A DNA stretch of 64,000 nt from Eledone cirrhosa (GCA_964016885.1 OZ024750.1:43400001-43464000); one strand, 5' to 3'; shown: positions 43,901 to 59,917, numbered from the stretch's first letter. The notes: generated by a model not told the origin, from the sequence alone. A program made the numbers and translations.

Positions 43901-46900
43901 ACTAAATATGTAACATAGTTACTATCAACACAGTATTACAACAATAGGTATGTAACATAGTTACTATCAACACAGTATTACAACACCAGGTATGTAACAT
44001 AGTTACTATCAACACTGTATTACAACAATAGGTATGTAACATAGTTACTAACAACACAGTATTACAACACCAGGTATGTAACATAGTTACTATCAACACA
44101 GTATTACAACACCAGGTATGTAACATAGTTACTATCAACACAGTATTACAACAATAGGTATGTAACATAGTTACTAACAACACAGTATTACAACACCAGG
44201 TATGTAACATAGTTACTATCAACACAGTATTACAACAATAGGTATGTAACATAGTTACTAACAACACAGTATTACAACACCAGGTATGTAACATAGTTAC
44301 TATCAACACAGTATTACAACACCAGGTATGTAACATAGTTACCATCAACACAGTATTACAACACCAGGTATGTGACATAGTTACTATCAAAACAGTATTA
44401 CAACACCAGGTATGTAACATAGTTACTATCAACACAGTATTACAACACCAGGTATGTAACATAGTTACCATCAACACAGTATTACAACACCAGGTATGTG
44501 ACATAGTTACTATCAAAACAGTATTACAACACCAGGTATGTAACACAGTTACTATCAACACAGTATTACAACACCAGGTATGTAACATAGTTACTATCAA
44601 CACAGTATTACAACACCAGGTATGTAACACAGTTACTATCAACACAGTATTACAACACTAGGTATGTAACATAGTTACTATCAACACAGTATTACAACAC
44701 TAGGTATGTGACATAGTTACTATCAACACAGTATTACAACACCAGGTATGTAACATAGTTACTATCAACACAGTATTACAACACCAGGTATGTAACATAG
44801 TTACTATCAACACAGTATTACAACACCAGGTATGTAACATAGTTACTATCAACACAGTATTACAACACCAGGTATGTAACACAGTTACTATCAACACAGT
44901 ATTACAACACCAGGTATGTAACACAGTTACTATCAACACAGTATTACAACACTAGGTATGTAACATAGTTACTATCAACACAGTATTACAACACTAGGTA
45001 TGTGACATAGTTACTATCAACACAGTATTACAACACCAGGTATGTAACATAGTTACTATCAACACAGTATTACAACACCAGGTATGTGACATAGTTACTA
45101 TCAACACAGTATTACAACACCAGGTATGTAACATAGTTACTATCAACACAGTATTACAACACCAGGTATGTAACATAGTTACTATCAACACAGTATTACA
45201 ACACTAGGTATGTAACACAGTTACTATCAACACAGTATTACAACACTAGGTATGTAACATAGTTACTATCAACACAGTATTACAACACCAGGTATGTGAC
45301 ATAGTTACTATCAACACAGTATTACAACACCAGGTATGTAACATAGTTACTATCAACACAGTATTACAACACCAGGTATGTGACATAGTTACCATCAACA
45401 CAGTATTACAACACCAGGTATGTGACATAGTTACTATCAAAACAGTATTACAACACCAGGTATGTAACATAGTTACTATCAACACAGTATTACAACACCA
45501 GGTATGTAACATAGTTACCATCAACACAGTATTACAACACCAGGTATGTAACATAGTTACTATCAACACAGTATTACAACACCAGGTATGTGACATAGTT
45601 ACCATCAACACAGTATTACAACACCAGGTATGTGACATAGTAACTATCAACACAGTATTACAACACTAGGTACCTGACATAGTTACTATCAACACAGTAT
45701 TACAACACCAGGTATGTAACATAGTTACTATCAACACAGTATTACAACACCAGGTATGTGACATAGTTACTATCAACACAGTATTACAACACCAGGTACG
45801 TGACATAGTTACTATCAACACAGTATTACAACACCAGGTATGTGGCATAGTTACTATCAACACAGTATTACAACACCAGGTATGTGACATAGTTACTATC
45901 AACACAGTATTACAACACCAGGTATGTGACATAGTTACCATCAACACAGTATTACAACACCAGGTATGTAACATAGTTACTATCAACACAGTATTACAAC
46001 ACCAGGTATGTAACATAGTTACTATCAACACAGTATTACAGCACTAGGTATGTGACACAGTTACTATCAACACAGTATTACAACACCAGGTATGTAACAT
46101 AGTTACTATTAACACAGTATTACAACACCAGGTATGTGACATAGTTACTATCAACACAGTATTACAGCACTAGGTATGTGACACAGTTACTATCAACACA
46201 GTATTACAACACCAGGTATGTAACATAGTTACTATCAACACAGTATTACAACACCAGGTATGTGACATAGTTACTATCAACACAGTATTACAACACCAGG
46301 TATGTGACATAGTTACTATCAACACAGTATTACAACACCAGGTATGTGACATAGTTACTATCAACACAGTATTACAACACCAGGTATGTAACATAGTTAC
46401 TATCAACACAGTATTACAACACCAGGTATGTGACATAGTTACTATCAACACAGTATTACAACACCAGGTATGTGGCATAGTTACTATCAACACAGTATTA
46501 CAACACCAGGTATGTAACATAGTTACTATCAACACAGTATTACAACACCAGGTATGTGACATAGTTACTATCAACACAGTATTACAACACCAGGTATGTG
46601 ACATAGTTACTATCAACACAGTATTACAACACCAGGTATGTAACATAGTTACTATCAACACAGTATTACAACACCAGATATGTAACATAGTTACTATCAA
46701 CACAGTATTACAACACCAGGTATGTGACATAGTTACTATCAACACAGTATTACAACACCAGGTATGTGACATAGTTACTATCAACACAGTATTACAACAC
46801 CAGGTATGTGACATAGTTACTATCAACACAGTATTACAACACCAGGTATGTAACGTAGTTACTATCAACACAGTATTACAACACCAGGTATGTGACATAG

Positions 46901-49900
46901 TTACTATCAACACAGTATTACAACACCAGGTATGTAACATAGTTACTATCAACACAGTATTACAACACCAGGTATGTGACATAGTTACAATCAACACAGT
47001 ATTACAACACCAGGTATGTGACATAGTTACTATCAACACAGTATTACAACACCAGGTATGTAACGTAGTTACTATCAACACAGTATTACAACACCAGGTA
47101 TGTGACATAGTTACTATCAACACAGTATTACAACACCAGGTATGTGGCATAGTTACTATCAACACTGTATTACAACACCAGGTATGTGGCATAGTTACTA
47201 TCAACACTGTATTACAACACCAGGTATGTGGCATAGTTACTATCAACACTGTATTACAACACCAGGTATGTGACATAGTTACTATCAACACAGTATTACA
47301 ACACCAGGTATGTGGCATAGTTACTATCAACACTGTATTACAACACCAGGTATGTGGCATAGTTACTATCAACACAGTATTACAACACCAGGTATGTGGC
47401 ATAGTTACTATCAACACTGTATTACAACACCAGGTATGTGGCATAGTTACTATCAACACTGTATTACAACACCAGGTATGTGGCATAGTTACTATCAACA
47501 CAGTATTACAACACCAGGTATGTGGCATAGTTACTATCAACACAGTATTACAACACTAGGTATGTAACATAGTTACTATCAAAACAGTATTACAACACCA
47601 GGTATGTGACATAGTTACTATCAACACAGTATTACAACACCAGGTATGTGGCATAGTTACTATCAACACAGTATTACAACACCAGGTATATAACATAGTT
47701 ACCATCAACACAGTATTACAACACCAGGTATGTGACATAGTTACTATCAACACTGTATTACAACACCAGGTATGTGGCATAGTTACTATCAACACTGTAT
47801 TACAACACCAGGTATGTGACATAGTTACTATCAACACTGTATTACAACACCAGGTATGTGACATAGTTACTATCAACACTGTATTACAACACCAGGTATG
47901 TGGCATAGTTACTATCAACACAGTATTACAACACCAGGTATGTGGCATAGTTACTATCAACACAGTATTACAACACCAGGTATATAACATAGTTACCATC
48001 AACACAGTATTACAACACCAGGTATGTGACATAGTTACTATCAACACAGTATTACAACACTAGGTATGTGACATAGTTACTATCAACACAGTATTACAAC
48101 ACCAGGTATGTAACATAGTTACTATCAACACAGTATTACAACACCAGGTATGTGACATAGTTACTATCAACACAGTATTACAACACCAGGTATGTGACAT
48201 AGTTACTATCAACACAGTATTACAACACCAGGTATGTGGCATAGTTACTATCAACACAGTATTACAACACCAGGTATGTAACATAGTTACTATCAACACA
48301 GTATTACAACACCAGGTATGTGACATAGTTACTATCAACACAGTATTACAACACCAGGTATGTGACATAGTTACTATCAACACAGTATTACAACACCAGG
48401 TATGTAACATAGTTACTATCAACACAGTATTACAACACCAGGTATGTGACATAGTTACTATCAACACAGTATTACAACACCAGGTATGTGGCATAGTTAC
48501 TATCAACACAGTATTACAACACCAGGTATGTGACATAGTTACCATCAACACAGTATTACAACACCAGGTATGTAACATAGTTACCATCAACACAGTATTA
48601 CAATACCTGGTATCTGGCATAGTTACTATCAACACAGTATTACAACACCAGGTATGTGACATAGTTACTATCAACACAGTATTACAACACTAGGTATGTA
48701 ACATAGTTACTATCAACACAGTATTACAACACTAGGTATGTAACATAGTTACTATCAACACAGTATTACAACACCAGGTATGTAACATAGTTACTATCAA
48801 CACAGTATTACAACACCAGGTATCTGGCATAGTTACTATCAACACAGTATTACAACACCAGGTATGTAACATAGTTACTATCAACACAGTATTACAACAC
48901 CAGGTATGTAACATAGTTACTATCAACACAGTATTACAACACCAGGTATGTAACATAGTTACTATCAACACAGTATTACAACACCAGGTATGTAACATAG
49001 TTACTATCAACACAGTATTACAACACCAGGTATGTAACATAGTTACTATCAACACAGTATTACAACACTAGGTATGTAACATAGTTACTATCAACACAGT
49101 ATTACAACACCAGGTATGTAACATAGTTACTATCAACACAGTATTAAAAAACCAGGTATCTGGCATAGTTACTATCAACACAGTATTACAACACTAGGTA
49201 TGTAACATAGTTACTATCAACACAGTATTACAACACCAGGTATGTAACATAGTTACTATCAACACAGTATTACAACACTAGGTATGTAACATAGTTACTA
49301 TCAACACAGTATTACAACACCAGGTATGTAACATAGTTACTATCAACACAGTATTACAACACCAGGTATGTAACATAGTTACTATCAACACAGTATTACA
49401 ACACCAGGTATGTAACATAGTTACTATCAACACAGTATTACAACACCAGGTATGTAACATAGTTACTATCAACACAGTATTACAACACCAGGTATGTAAC
49501 ATAGTTACTATCAACACAGTATTACAACACCAGGTATGTAACATAGTTACTATCAACACAGTATTACAACACCAGGTATGTAACATAGTTACTATCAACA
49601 CAGTATTACAACACCAGGTATGTAACATAGTTACTATCAACACAGTATTACAACAACAGGTATGTAACATAGTTACTATCAACACAGTATTACAACACTA
49701 GGTATGTAACATAGTTACTATCAACACAGTATTACAACACCAGGTATGTAACATAGTTACTATCAACACAGTATTACAACACTAGGTATGTAACATAGTT
49801 ACTATCAACACAGTATTACAACACCAGGTATGTAACATAGTTACTATCAACACAGTATTACAACACTAGGTATGTAACATAGTTACTATCAACACAGTAT

Positions 49901-52900
49901 TACAACACCAGGTATGTAACATAGTTACTATCAACACAGTATTACAACACCAGGTATGTAACATAGTTACTATCAACACAGTATTACAACACCAGGTATG
50001 TAACATAGTTACTATCAACACAGTATTACAACACCAGGTATGTAACATAGTTACTATCAACACAGTATTACAACACCAGGTATGTAACATAGTTACTATC
50101 AACACAGTATTACAACAACAGGTATGTAACATAGTTACTATCAACACAGTATTACAACACCAGGTATGTAACATAGTTACTATCAACACAGTATTACAAC
50201 ACCAGGTATGTAACATAGTTACTATCAACACAGTATTACAACACCAGGTATGTAACATAGTTACTATCAACACAGTATTACAACACCAGGTATGTAACAT
50301 AGTTACTATCAACACAGTATTACAACACCAGGTATGTAACATAGTTACTATCAACACAGTATTACAACACCAGGTATGTAACATAGTTACTATCAACACA
50401 GTATTACAACACCAGGTATGTAACATAGTTACTATCAACACAGTATTACAACACCAGGTATGTAACATAGTTACTATCAACACAGTATTACAACAACAGG
50501 TATGTAACATAGTTACTATCAACACAGTATTACAACACCAGGTATGTAACATAGTTACTATCAACACAGTATTACAACACTAGGTATGTAACATAGTTAC
50601 TATCAACACAGTATTACAACACTAGGTATGTAACATAGTTACTATCAACACAGTATTACAACACCAGGTATGTAACATAGTTACTATCAACACAGTATTA
50701 CAACACCAAGTATGTAACATAGTTACTATCAACACAGTATTACAACACCAGGTATGTAACATAGTTACCATCAACACTGTATTACAACACTAGGTATGTG
50801 ACATAGTTACTATCAACACAGTGTTACAACACCAGGTATGTAACATAGTTACTATCAACAAAGTATTACAACACCAGGTATGTAACATAGTTACTATCAA
50901 CACAGTATTACAACACCAGGTATGTGACATAGTTACTATCAACACAGTATTACAACACCAGGTATGTGACATAATTACTATCAACACTGTATTACAACAC
51001 TAGGTATGTGACATAGTTACTATCAACACAGTATTACAACACCAGGTATGTGACATAGTTACTATCAACACAGTATTACAACACTAGGTATGTAACATAG
51101 TTACTATCAACACAGTATTACAACACTAGGTATGTGACATAATTACTATCAACACTGTATTACAACACTAGGTATGTGACATAGTTACTATCAACACAGT
51201 ATTACAACACCAGGTATGTGACATAGTTACTATCACCACAGTATTACAACACCAGGTATGTAACATAGTTACCATCAACACATCATTACAACACTAGGTA
51301 TGTAACATAGTTACTATCAACACAGTATTACAACACTAGGTATGTAACATAGTTACTATCAACACAGTATTACAACACCAGGTATGTAACATAGTTACTA
51401 TCAACACAGTATTACAACACCAGGTATGTGACATAATTACTATCAACACTGTATTACAACACTAGGTATGTGACATAGTTACTATCAACACAGTATTACA
51501 ACACTAGGTATGTGACATAGTTACTATCAACACAGTATTACAACACTAGGTACGTAACATAGTTACTATCAACACAGTATTACAACACCAGGTATGTAAC
51601 ATAGTTACTATCAACACAGTATTACAACACCAGGTATGTAACATAGTTACTATCAACACAGTATTACAACACCAGGTATATAACATAGTTACTATCAACA
51701 CAGTATTACAACACCAGGTATGTAACATAGTTACTATCAACACAGTATTACAACACTAGGTATGTGACATAGTTACTATCAACACAGTATTACAACACTA
51801 GGTATGTTACATAGTTACCATCAACACAGTATTACAACACCAGGTATGTAACATAGTTACTATCAACACAGTATTACAACACCAGGTATATAACATAGTT
51901 ACTATCAACACAGTATTACAACACCAAGTATGTAACATAGTTACTATCAACACAGTGTTACAACACCAGGTATGTAACATAGTTACTATCAACACAGTAT
52001 TACAACACCAGGTATATAACATAGTTACTATCAACACAGTATTACAACACCAAGTATGTAACATAGTTACTATCAACAAAGTATTACAACACTAGGTATG
52101 TGACATAGTTACTATCAACACAGTATTACAACACCAAGTATGTAACATAGTTACTATCAACACAGTATTACAACACCAGGTATGTAACATAGTTACTATC
52201 AACACAGTATTACAACACCAAGTATGTAACATAGTTACTATCAACACAGTATTACAACACCAGGTATGTAACATAGTTACTATCAACACAGTATTACAAC
52301 ACTAGGTATGTGACATAGTTACTATCAACACAGTATTACAACACCAGGTATGTGACATAGTTACCATCAACACAGTATTACAACACCAGGTATGTGACAT
52401 AATTACTATCAACACTGTATTACAACACCAGGTATGTGACATAGTTACTATCAACACAGTATTACAACACTAGGTATGTAACATAGTTACTATCAACACA
52501 GTATTACAACACCAGGTATATAACATAGTTACTATCAACACAGTATTACAACACCAGGTATGTAACATAGTTACTATCAACACAGTATTACAACACCTGG
52601 TATGTAACATAGTTACTATCAACACAGTATTACAACACCAGGTATGTAACATAGTTACTATCAACACAGTATTACAACACCAGGTATGTAACATAGTTAC
52701 TATCAACACAGTATTACAACACCAGGTATGTAACATAGTTACTATCAACACAGTATTACAACACTAGGTATGTGACATAGTTACTATCAACACAGTATTA
52801 CAACACTAGGTATATAACATAGTTACTATCAACACAGTATTACAACACCAGGTATGTGACATAGTTACTATCAACACAGTATTACAACACCAGGTATATA

Positions 52901-53820
52901 ACATAGTTACTATCAACACAGTATTACAACACCAGGTATGTAACATAGTTAATATCAACACAGTATTACAACACTAGGTATGTGACATAGTTACTATCAA
53001 CACAGTATTACAACACTAGGTATATAACATAGTTACTATCAACACAGTATTACAACACCAGGTATGTAACATAGTTACTATCAACACAGTATTACAACAC
53101 CAGGTATGTAACATAGTTACTATCAACACAGTATTACAACACCAGGTATGTAACATAGTTACTATCAACACAGTATTACAACACCAGGTATGTGACACAG
53201 TTACTATCAACACAGTATTACAACACCAGGTATGTAACATAGTTACTATCAACACAGTATTACAACACTAGGTATATAACATAGTTACTATCAACACAGT
53301 ATTACAATAGCAGGTATGTAACATAGTTACTATCAACACAGTATTACAACACTAGGTATATAACATAGTTACTATCAACACAGTATTACAATACCAGGTA
53401 TGTAACATAGTTACTATCAACACAGTATTACAACACCAGGTATGTAACATAGTTACCATCAACACAGTATTACAACACTAGGTATATAACATAGTTACTA
53501 TCAACACAGTATTACAACAGCAGGTATGTAATATAGTTACTATCAACACAGTATTACAACACCGTGTATGTAACATAGTTACTATCAACACAGTATTACA
53601 ACAGCAGGTATGTAACATAGTTACTATCAACACAGTATTACAACACCGTGTATGTAACATAGTTACTATCAACACAGTATTACAACAGCAGGTATGTAAC
53701 ATAGTTACTATCAACACAGTATTACAACAGCAGGTATGTAACATAGTTACTATCAACACAGTATTACAACACTAGGTATGTGACATAGTTACTATCAACA
53801 CAGTATTACAACACCAGGTA
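37954..53820. repeat. 42-bp tandem array, consensus GTATGTAACATAGTTACTATCAACACAGTATTACAACACCAG, ~378 copies
   Basis: First CAG ends at 37983 and last at 53817; the difference is 15834 = 377 x 42. Confidence 0.98.
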
Positions 53821-53841
53821 ACAGCAACAACCAACCAACCA

Positions 53842-54380
53842 TCAAATTTCCAACAAATTGCCATAATTAAAAAAGTTGTTACTTTGTTTAGTTTGTTTAT
53901 CATTATCTATGTACACAATCTTATCAGCATACCCTGCCCTAGCTAGTGCATCATTATAGTATTGGGCCTTTTCGTCAAAAATCTTTCTATTCGACGAGAT
54001 CCTAGAGATACGTTTTTGGACTGAGTTTACTATAGTGTTTTTGACAGATCTGGGGTGGTTAGAGTTAAAGTTGACATAGTTTAAGTTTTCATTCAACTTG
54101 TGAAAAGGATAGTGGAGACATGTGTTGAGATTTAATGTTATATCTAGGAAATTGACTATTCTATGGTTGTTCTCAATTTCTATTTTAAGGTTAAAGTAAT
54201 TAAAAAATTTTGTAATTTGTTTACATTTTCTATTTAGTTCAGGGTTATTATTATTAATAAGTAAAAGCATGTCATCCCTATATAAACCTCCGGTAGTACC
54301 AGGTATTTTCCTATGTAGCGAATTGATTAAAAATAAGCCCACAAGGTCAGTTACTTGAGCTGAGTCGGAAGACCCCATGA
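53842..54380 (-). pseudogene. Penelope-like RT fragment (same lineage as the 21.5-22.7 kb element)
   Basis: MGSSDSAQVTDLVG, GLYRDD, VNFLDITLNL, SNHP, YYNDALARAGY. Confidence 0.9.
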
Positions 54381-55798
54381 GACATGTGACCTCTGCGCAG
54401 AGGAGATATTCTTTATACTAAAATCTAAAAATTCCCTTAACCTACGGACAAATTTATTCAGTTGTTGCAAACATAGATTAAACTCAACGTTTAAATATAA
54501 ATTTAAATTTAAAATGTAGTATATTTAGTTTGATTTATATTTATATGAGAACTAGCCGATAAATCTTTTGATTCCTAAATCTTTGATTCCCTCTTTTTAC
54601 TCTTTTTATTGTTTATTTTATTTTATTTATTTTTATTTTTATTTTTATTTTTATTTTTATTTTTATTTTTTTTATCTAAACATTCCTCATGAAAAATTAA
54701 GCTACCCTAAAAGCCGATGCTCCAAAATTTTCTGAATTAACCTTACACTTGATAAACTTATATATTAAATATAGGAACATATGTAGACATTATTGGACAT
54801 CATAATCTTTTTTGCGATATTTCTTGCTAGATGTGATTTGATAGATAATTTTTGGCTTTGTCTTGTAGTGAACTTGGCAATATATTGTCAATTAACCTTG
54901 AAGGGTTGTTCTTTGTGGTTTATTTTTATTTTCATTTTTATTTTTATTTTTATTTTTATTTTTATTTTTATTTTTATTTTTATTTTTATTCTTTTAGTAT
55001 TGTAGTATTCTATAATATTTTTATATTTTTATTTTTTATTTTTTATTTTTCATTTTTTATTTTTTATTTTTTATTTTTTTTATTTTATTTTATTTTTATT
55101 TTTAATATTTTTATATGTAAATTTTTTTTATATGTAAATTTTTATTTTTTTAATTTTTTTTAATTATTTTTTTAATTATTTTTTTAAATTATTTTTAATA
55201 TTTTTAATATTTTTATATGTAAAGTTTTAATACGTAATATTTTTAATACGTAGTATTTTTAATATGCAATATTTTTATTAGGTAATATTCTTTCGTAATA
55301 TTCTTTTTTAGTTTTCTATTCTATATTTTTATATTTTTATATTTTTATATATTTTTACTTATTATCATTATTATTGTTATCTCTGCTTATAATACAATAT
55401 ATATTTTCGATTAGTATATTGAAATCTGCTCTCTATTTCTGCTTGATAGATAATCTTGTAGAGTAATCGCAAGAATAATAATACGCTCAAATTTTTATAC
55501 CACATTGAGAATGTTTTCCGGTAACTTTGAATTTGCGGAGTGAATCAGTTGGATTCACATAGACATATGAATTTTTTTTTTTAAAAACTAAACATAAGAT
55601 AATGAATTTTCACGCATTGTGAATACTTGTTTCATTCAGGAATACTGATATTTACAATATAGTGTAAGTTTTATAAATACTAATACATTAAAACATAGGG
55701 TTTTCTACGCCTCGAATATGTCTGGCTATTTTTAAATTTTTCTCTCTCTATATCTCTCTATATCTCTCTATATATCTCCCTTACATTAATACTTGAGC

Positions 55799-55833
<35 letters not shown>

Positions 55834-56157
55834 ATGCATCATTGATACACTTACTCAAAATGACCTCCCACTACCTAATTTTTCTATATCTATATTTATA
55901 TATGTATCTATCTCTATTTCCTCTCTCTCTCTCTCTATATATATATCTCTTTCGGTCTCTTTACATGAAGCTCTTCGCTTTATCTATTTTTCCATCTCTC
56001 TATTTTGTCCCATGCATTTCTTCTTTTTCTTCTTTTTCTTCCTTTTCTTCGTTTTATCTTTCTTTCTTTCTTATTTCCCTCTTTTCTCTCTCTCTTTCTT
56101 TCTCTCTGTATTTTCACTGCTAGAGTGAACCTCTTCAAATGAAGTTGATGTTTATTA

Positions 56158-56392
56158 CGGTATGTCGAATATATTTATCTATAAAACTGTTTATATTGTA
56201 TTTTGTCTGATGAAGGCATAGCATATTGTTAATTTGATATCCCCGAAATATATATAATGAAATAAATATGGTTTTATAAATATAGTTTTCCATTTATTTA
56301 ATATTGTAAATATACTCCAAGTATTTGTCGAGTGCTTTTATATCAGTTATAAATATTTACTAGTTGTAACCCAACAATTTTAAATATAACTT

Positions 56393-56396
<4 letters not shown>
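56158..56396 (+). mobile_element. H1 mini-element with hammerhead at 56199-56264
   Basis: Nearly identical to the 28.5-kb copy; ends at (TA)n. Confidence 0.85.
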
Positions 56397-56434
<38 letters not shown>

Positions 56435-56671
56435 TATATAAATATATATACACATATATATATATATATATAAAGAAACGGAGATTAGCGTTGTTTTGAA
56501 AATTAGCCTCGTTTAGAAACAGCGGAGAATTTGAAAACTAGATATTGAAAAAGAGCTTCCGCCATATTTTTGACTAAGTAAATTAGTTTTGAGTTATAAA
56601 AACCCACAGAATGGAAACGAGATGAGCATATATGACACGAACCCACATCATTGGCTATCATGGCCACGTAT

Positions 56672-56728
56672 TGGTGTAATGGTTAACACAATGGTCATGA
56701 TAGCGAAAGGTGTGGGTTCGTGTTCCAA
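56672..56728 (+). other. Degenerate tRNA-like A/B-box sequence
   Basis: TGGTGTAATGG ... GGTTCGTGTTCC; no complete cloverleaf. Confidence 0.4.
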
Positions 56729-56832
56729 GTACTTCAATGCTCATCCCATTTTCCAATCTGGTGGTTTTTATAACTCTAACTATTAGGCTAATGTACTTAG
56801 TAAAAAAATACGGCGGAACCTCTATTACACTA

Positions 56833-56890
<58 letters not shown>

Positions 56891-57187
56891 TTCAAGAGTA
56901 ACCAATCTTAATGTGAGAGATGGAGATAGGAGAGGAGATATGAGAGGAGAGGTTGGTGAATTAGTTAGAAGCCAAAGCGTAAAGGCATGTGTTCAATGTG
57001 AAATATGCAGTAGAAAGTAGCTAGGTCGCTGGGTTCATGCAGAAGTTAGGTGCGCAGAGCTGGAAATATTCATTAGTTAAGCAAAACAAGACCACAAATT
57101 TCACAAGAAGACATTATTAAAAGATTGTCAACATATTTTAGTTTGATGTAAGGAATGTAGAGAATAATAATAATAATATTAATAATA

Positions 57188-57372
57188 ATTGTTTCTACTT
57201 TTGGCACAAGGCCAGCAATTAACCAGTGTATTACTGGTACTTTATTTTATCGACCCCATAAGGATGAAAGGCAAAGTTAACCTCGGCAGGATTTGAACTC
57301 AGAATGGCAAGGGCCGTAACTCTATGCGTCAAAGCATGTCGTCCGACCCCCGATACTGCCAATCCACCGCCC
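57188..57372 (-). mobile_element. tRNA-SINE (subtype B)
   Basis: TSD TAATAATATTAATAATAAT. Confidence 0.9.
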
Positions 57373-57984
57373 TTAATAATATTAATAATAATAATGTCCG
57401 TTTACAATTGTTTCGCTACTCCATATAATATTTCTGGATCAGATGACTATATATCATAATTGATCTGGTTCAGTTGAAAATAATTAACATATTTAAAAAA
57501 ACAGAGCGGCTCATCACGACCTCTACCGATTAACGATAGAACGGAGGTAACTATTAGCCGTCAACATCGAAGGGCTAATTCCTTCGCCAATAGAATATTT
57601 GACCCAACTTAGTCATCTAGCCCCATTTTTACTTGTAGCTAATAAGTTAAATAGCTATGACTAACTTAGATAATTATAAGTTACCTCCCCTACACTGTCT
57701 CTCAATTAAAAAATTTAAAAATAAACTATAAACTACCCACAATTTCTAATCTCTCGAGGAGTTACTTCCCCTGAAACCACCCTCTAATTATTAAGGTAAA
57801 TATGTCCTTTGGCAGCCATCTTGTTACACATAGGCAGATCTCACACAATGCAGCATCGACAGATGAATACTGCTTGATTATGGCTGACAACTGATAAAAC
57901 CAAGACACCATAGTGAAATACCAATATATGGAACATTATATTATGTAACATTCTCTCCTTATTTTAATTTATATTCCTTTGAAA

Positions 57985-58105
57985 TTCCGATGAGCCGCTT
58001 TGTTTTTTAAATATGTTAATTATTTTCAACTGAACCAGATCAATTATGATATATAGTCATCTGATCCAGAAATATTATATGGAGTAGCGAAACAATTGTA
58101 AACGG
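57985..58105 (+). ncRNA. Hammerhead-like motif with CCGAUGA core and ~95-nt stem II
   Basis: CCGATGA-GCCGCT...AGTAGC-GAAA-CAATTG-TA; palindromic stem III ACAATTGT; weak stem I. Confidence 0.55.
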
Positions 58106-58608
58106 ACATTATTATTATTAATATTATTATTCTCTACATTCCTTACATCAAATTAAAATATGTTGACAATCTTTTAATAATGTGTTCCTTGTGAAATTTG
58201 TGGTCTTATTTCGCTTAACTAATGAATATATATCTATCTCTATATATATAATACACAAACATCTTTGCCTGCTTGATATGCTTGTAAACCTGTGTTATTT
58301 TATGTGATACCTTTGCCATACAGTAATTATATATGCCTAGTACCATTGCTGTTTCCCACCTAGCTGTCATGTATATGCCTAACGCATTTGCACTCTCTAT
58401 ACGCTTGCGTATGTACTGCTAACGTCATAGTATTACGAGTAACTTTCTGCCTTAATGCCTCGTTAATTATTATACAATTCTCTTATAATCTCTGTCACAT
58501 CCATTCCACTCTGTAAATATGAAACTGTTGATGACAACCTTAATATCCATGTATCTATATGATTGTTCAGTTGAATAGGAAGTTAATTATATGTCCAAAC
58601 TTTGCTAA

Positions 58609-58655
58609 TGCTCCGATGAATCCAAACGAAAGTTTGGAAGAAACGATTGTCAGCA
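58609..58655 (+). ncRNA. Hammerhead ribozyme, CCGAUGA core
   Basis: TGCT-CCGATGA-A-TCCAAAC(GAAA)GTTTGGA-A-GAAA-CGATTG-TC-AGCA. Confidence 0.8.
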
Positions 58656-58851
58656 ATAAAATGTATTGAACATAGTTTTGATTATTATGTAATTTATAAT
58701 CCTGCTCTGTAAAACATCTGATGTATTTACATAGAGCTATTTTTCTTACTGGTAATAAGGTAGTAATGAATTACTGACCTTTCCTGTTTATATTTGTATA
58801 CAGTGTATATATATAACTATAAATAATATTATTATTATATATATATATATG

Positions 58852-59803
<952 letters not shown>

Positions 59804-59820
59804 TATAAATATATATATGT

Positions 59821-59917
<97 letters not shown>

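Larger units (their letters stand above)
57066..58230. mobile_element. Fold-back element (arms ~57066-57514 / 57989-58230); left arm interrupted by a SINE
   Basis: ~240-bp inverted arms once the SINE is removed. Confidence 0.8.

Noticed and set aside
37950-53759. Minus-strand ORFs of (HTWCCNTVLIVTML)n, up to 457 aa
   Set aside because: A by-product of a 42-bp (multiple of 3) unit; frequent TGG-to-TAG stops and no unique N- or C-terminus
37984-53817. 13-nt GT...AG segments as real introns
   Set aside because: Far below metazoan spliceosomal intron size, and the 29-nt exons would shift frame
37954-53820. CRISPR array
   Set aside because: No unique spacers, no cas genes, eukaryotic context
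54700-54910. Possible degenerate GIY-YIG remnant (RLIQKILEHRL, minus strand)
   Set aside because: Multiple stops and missing core motifs
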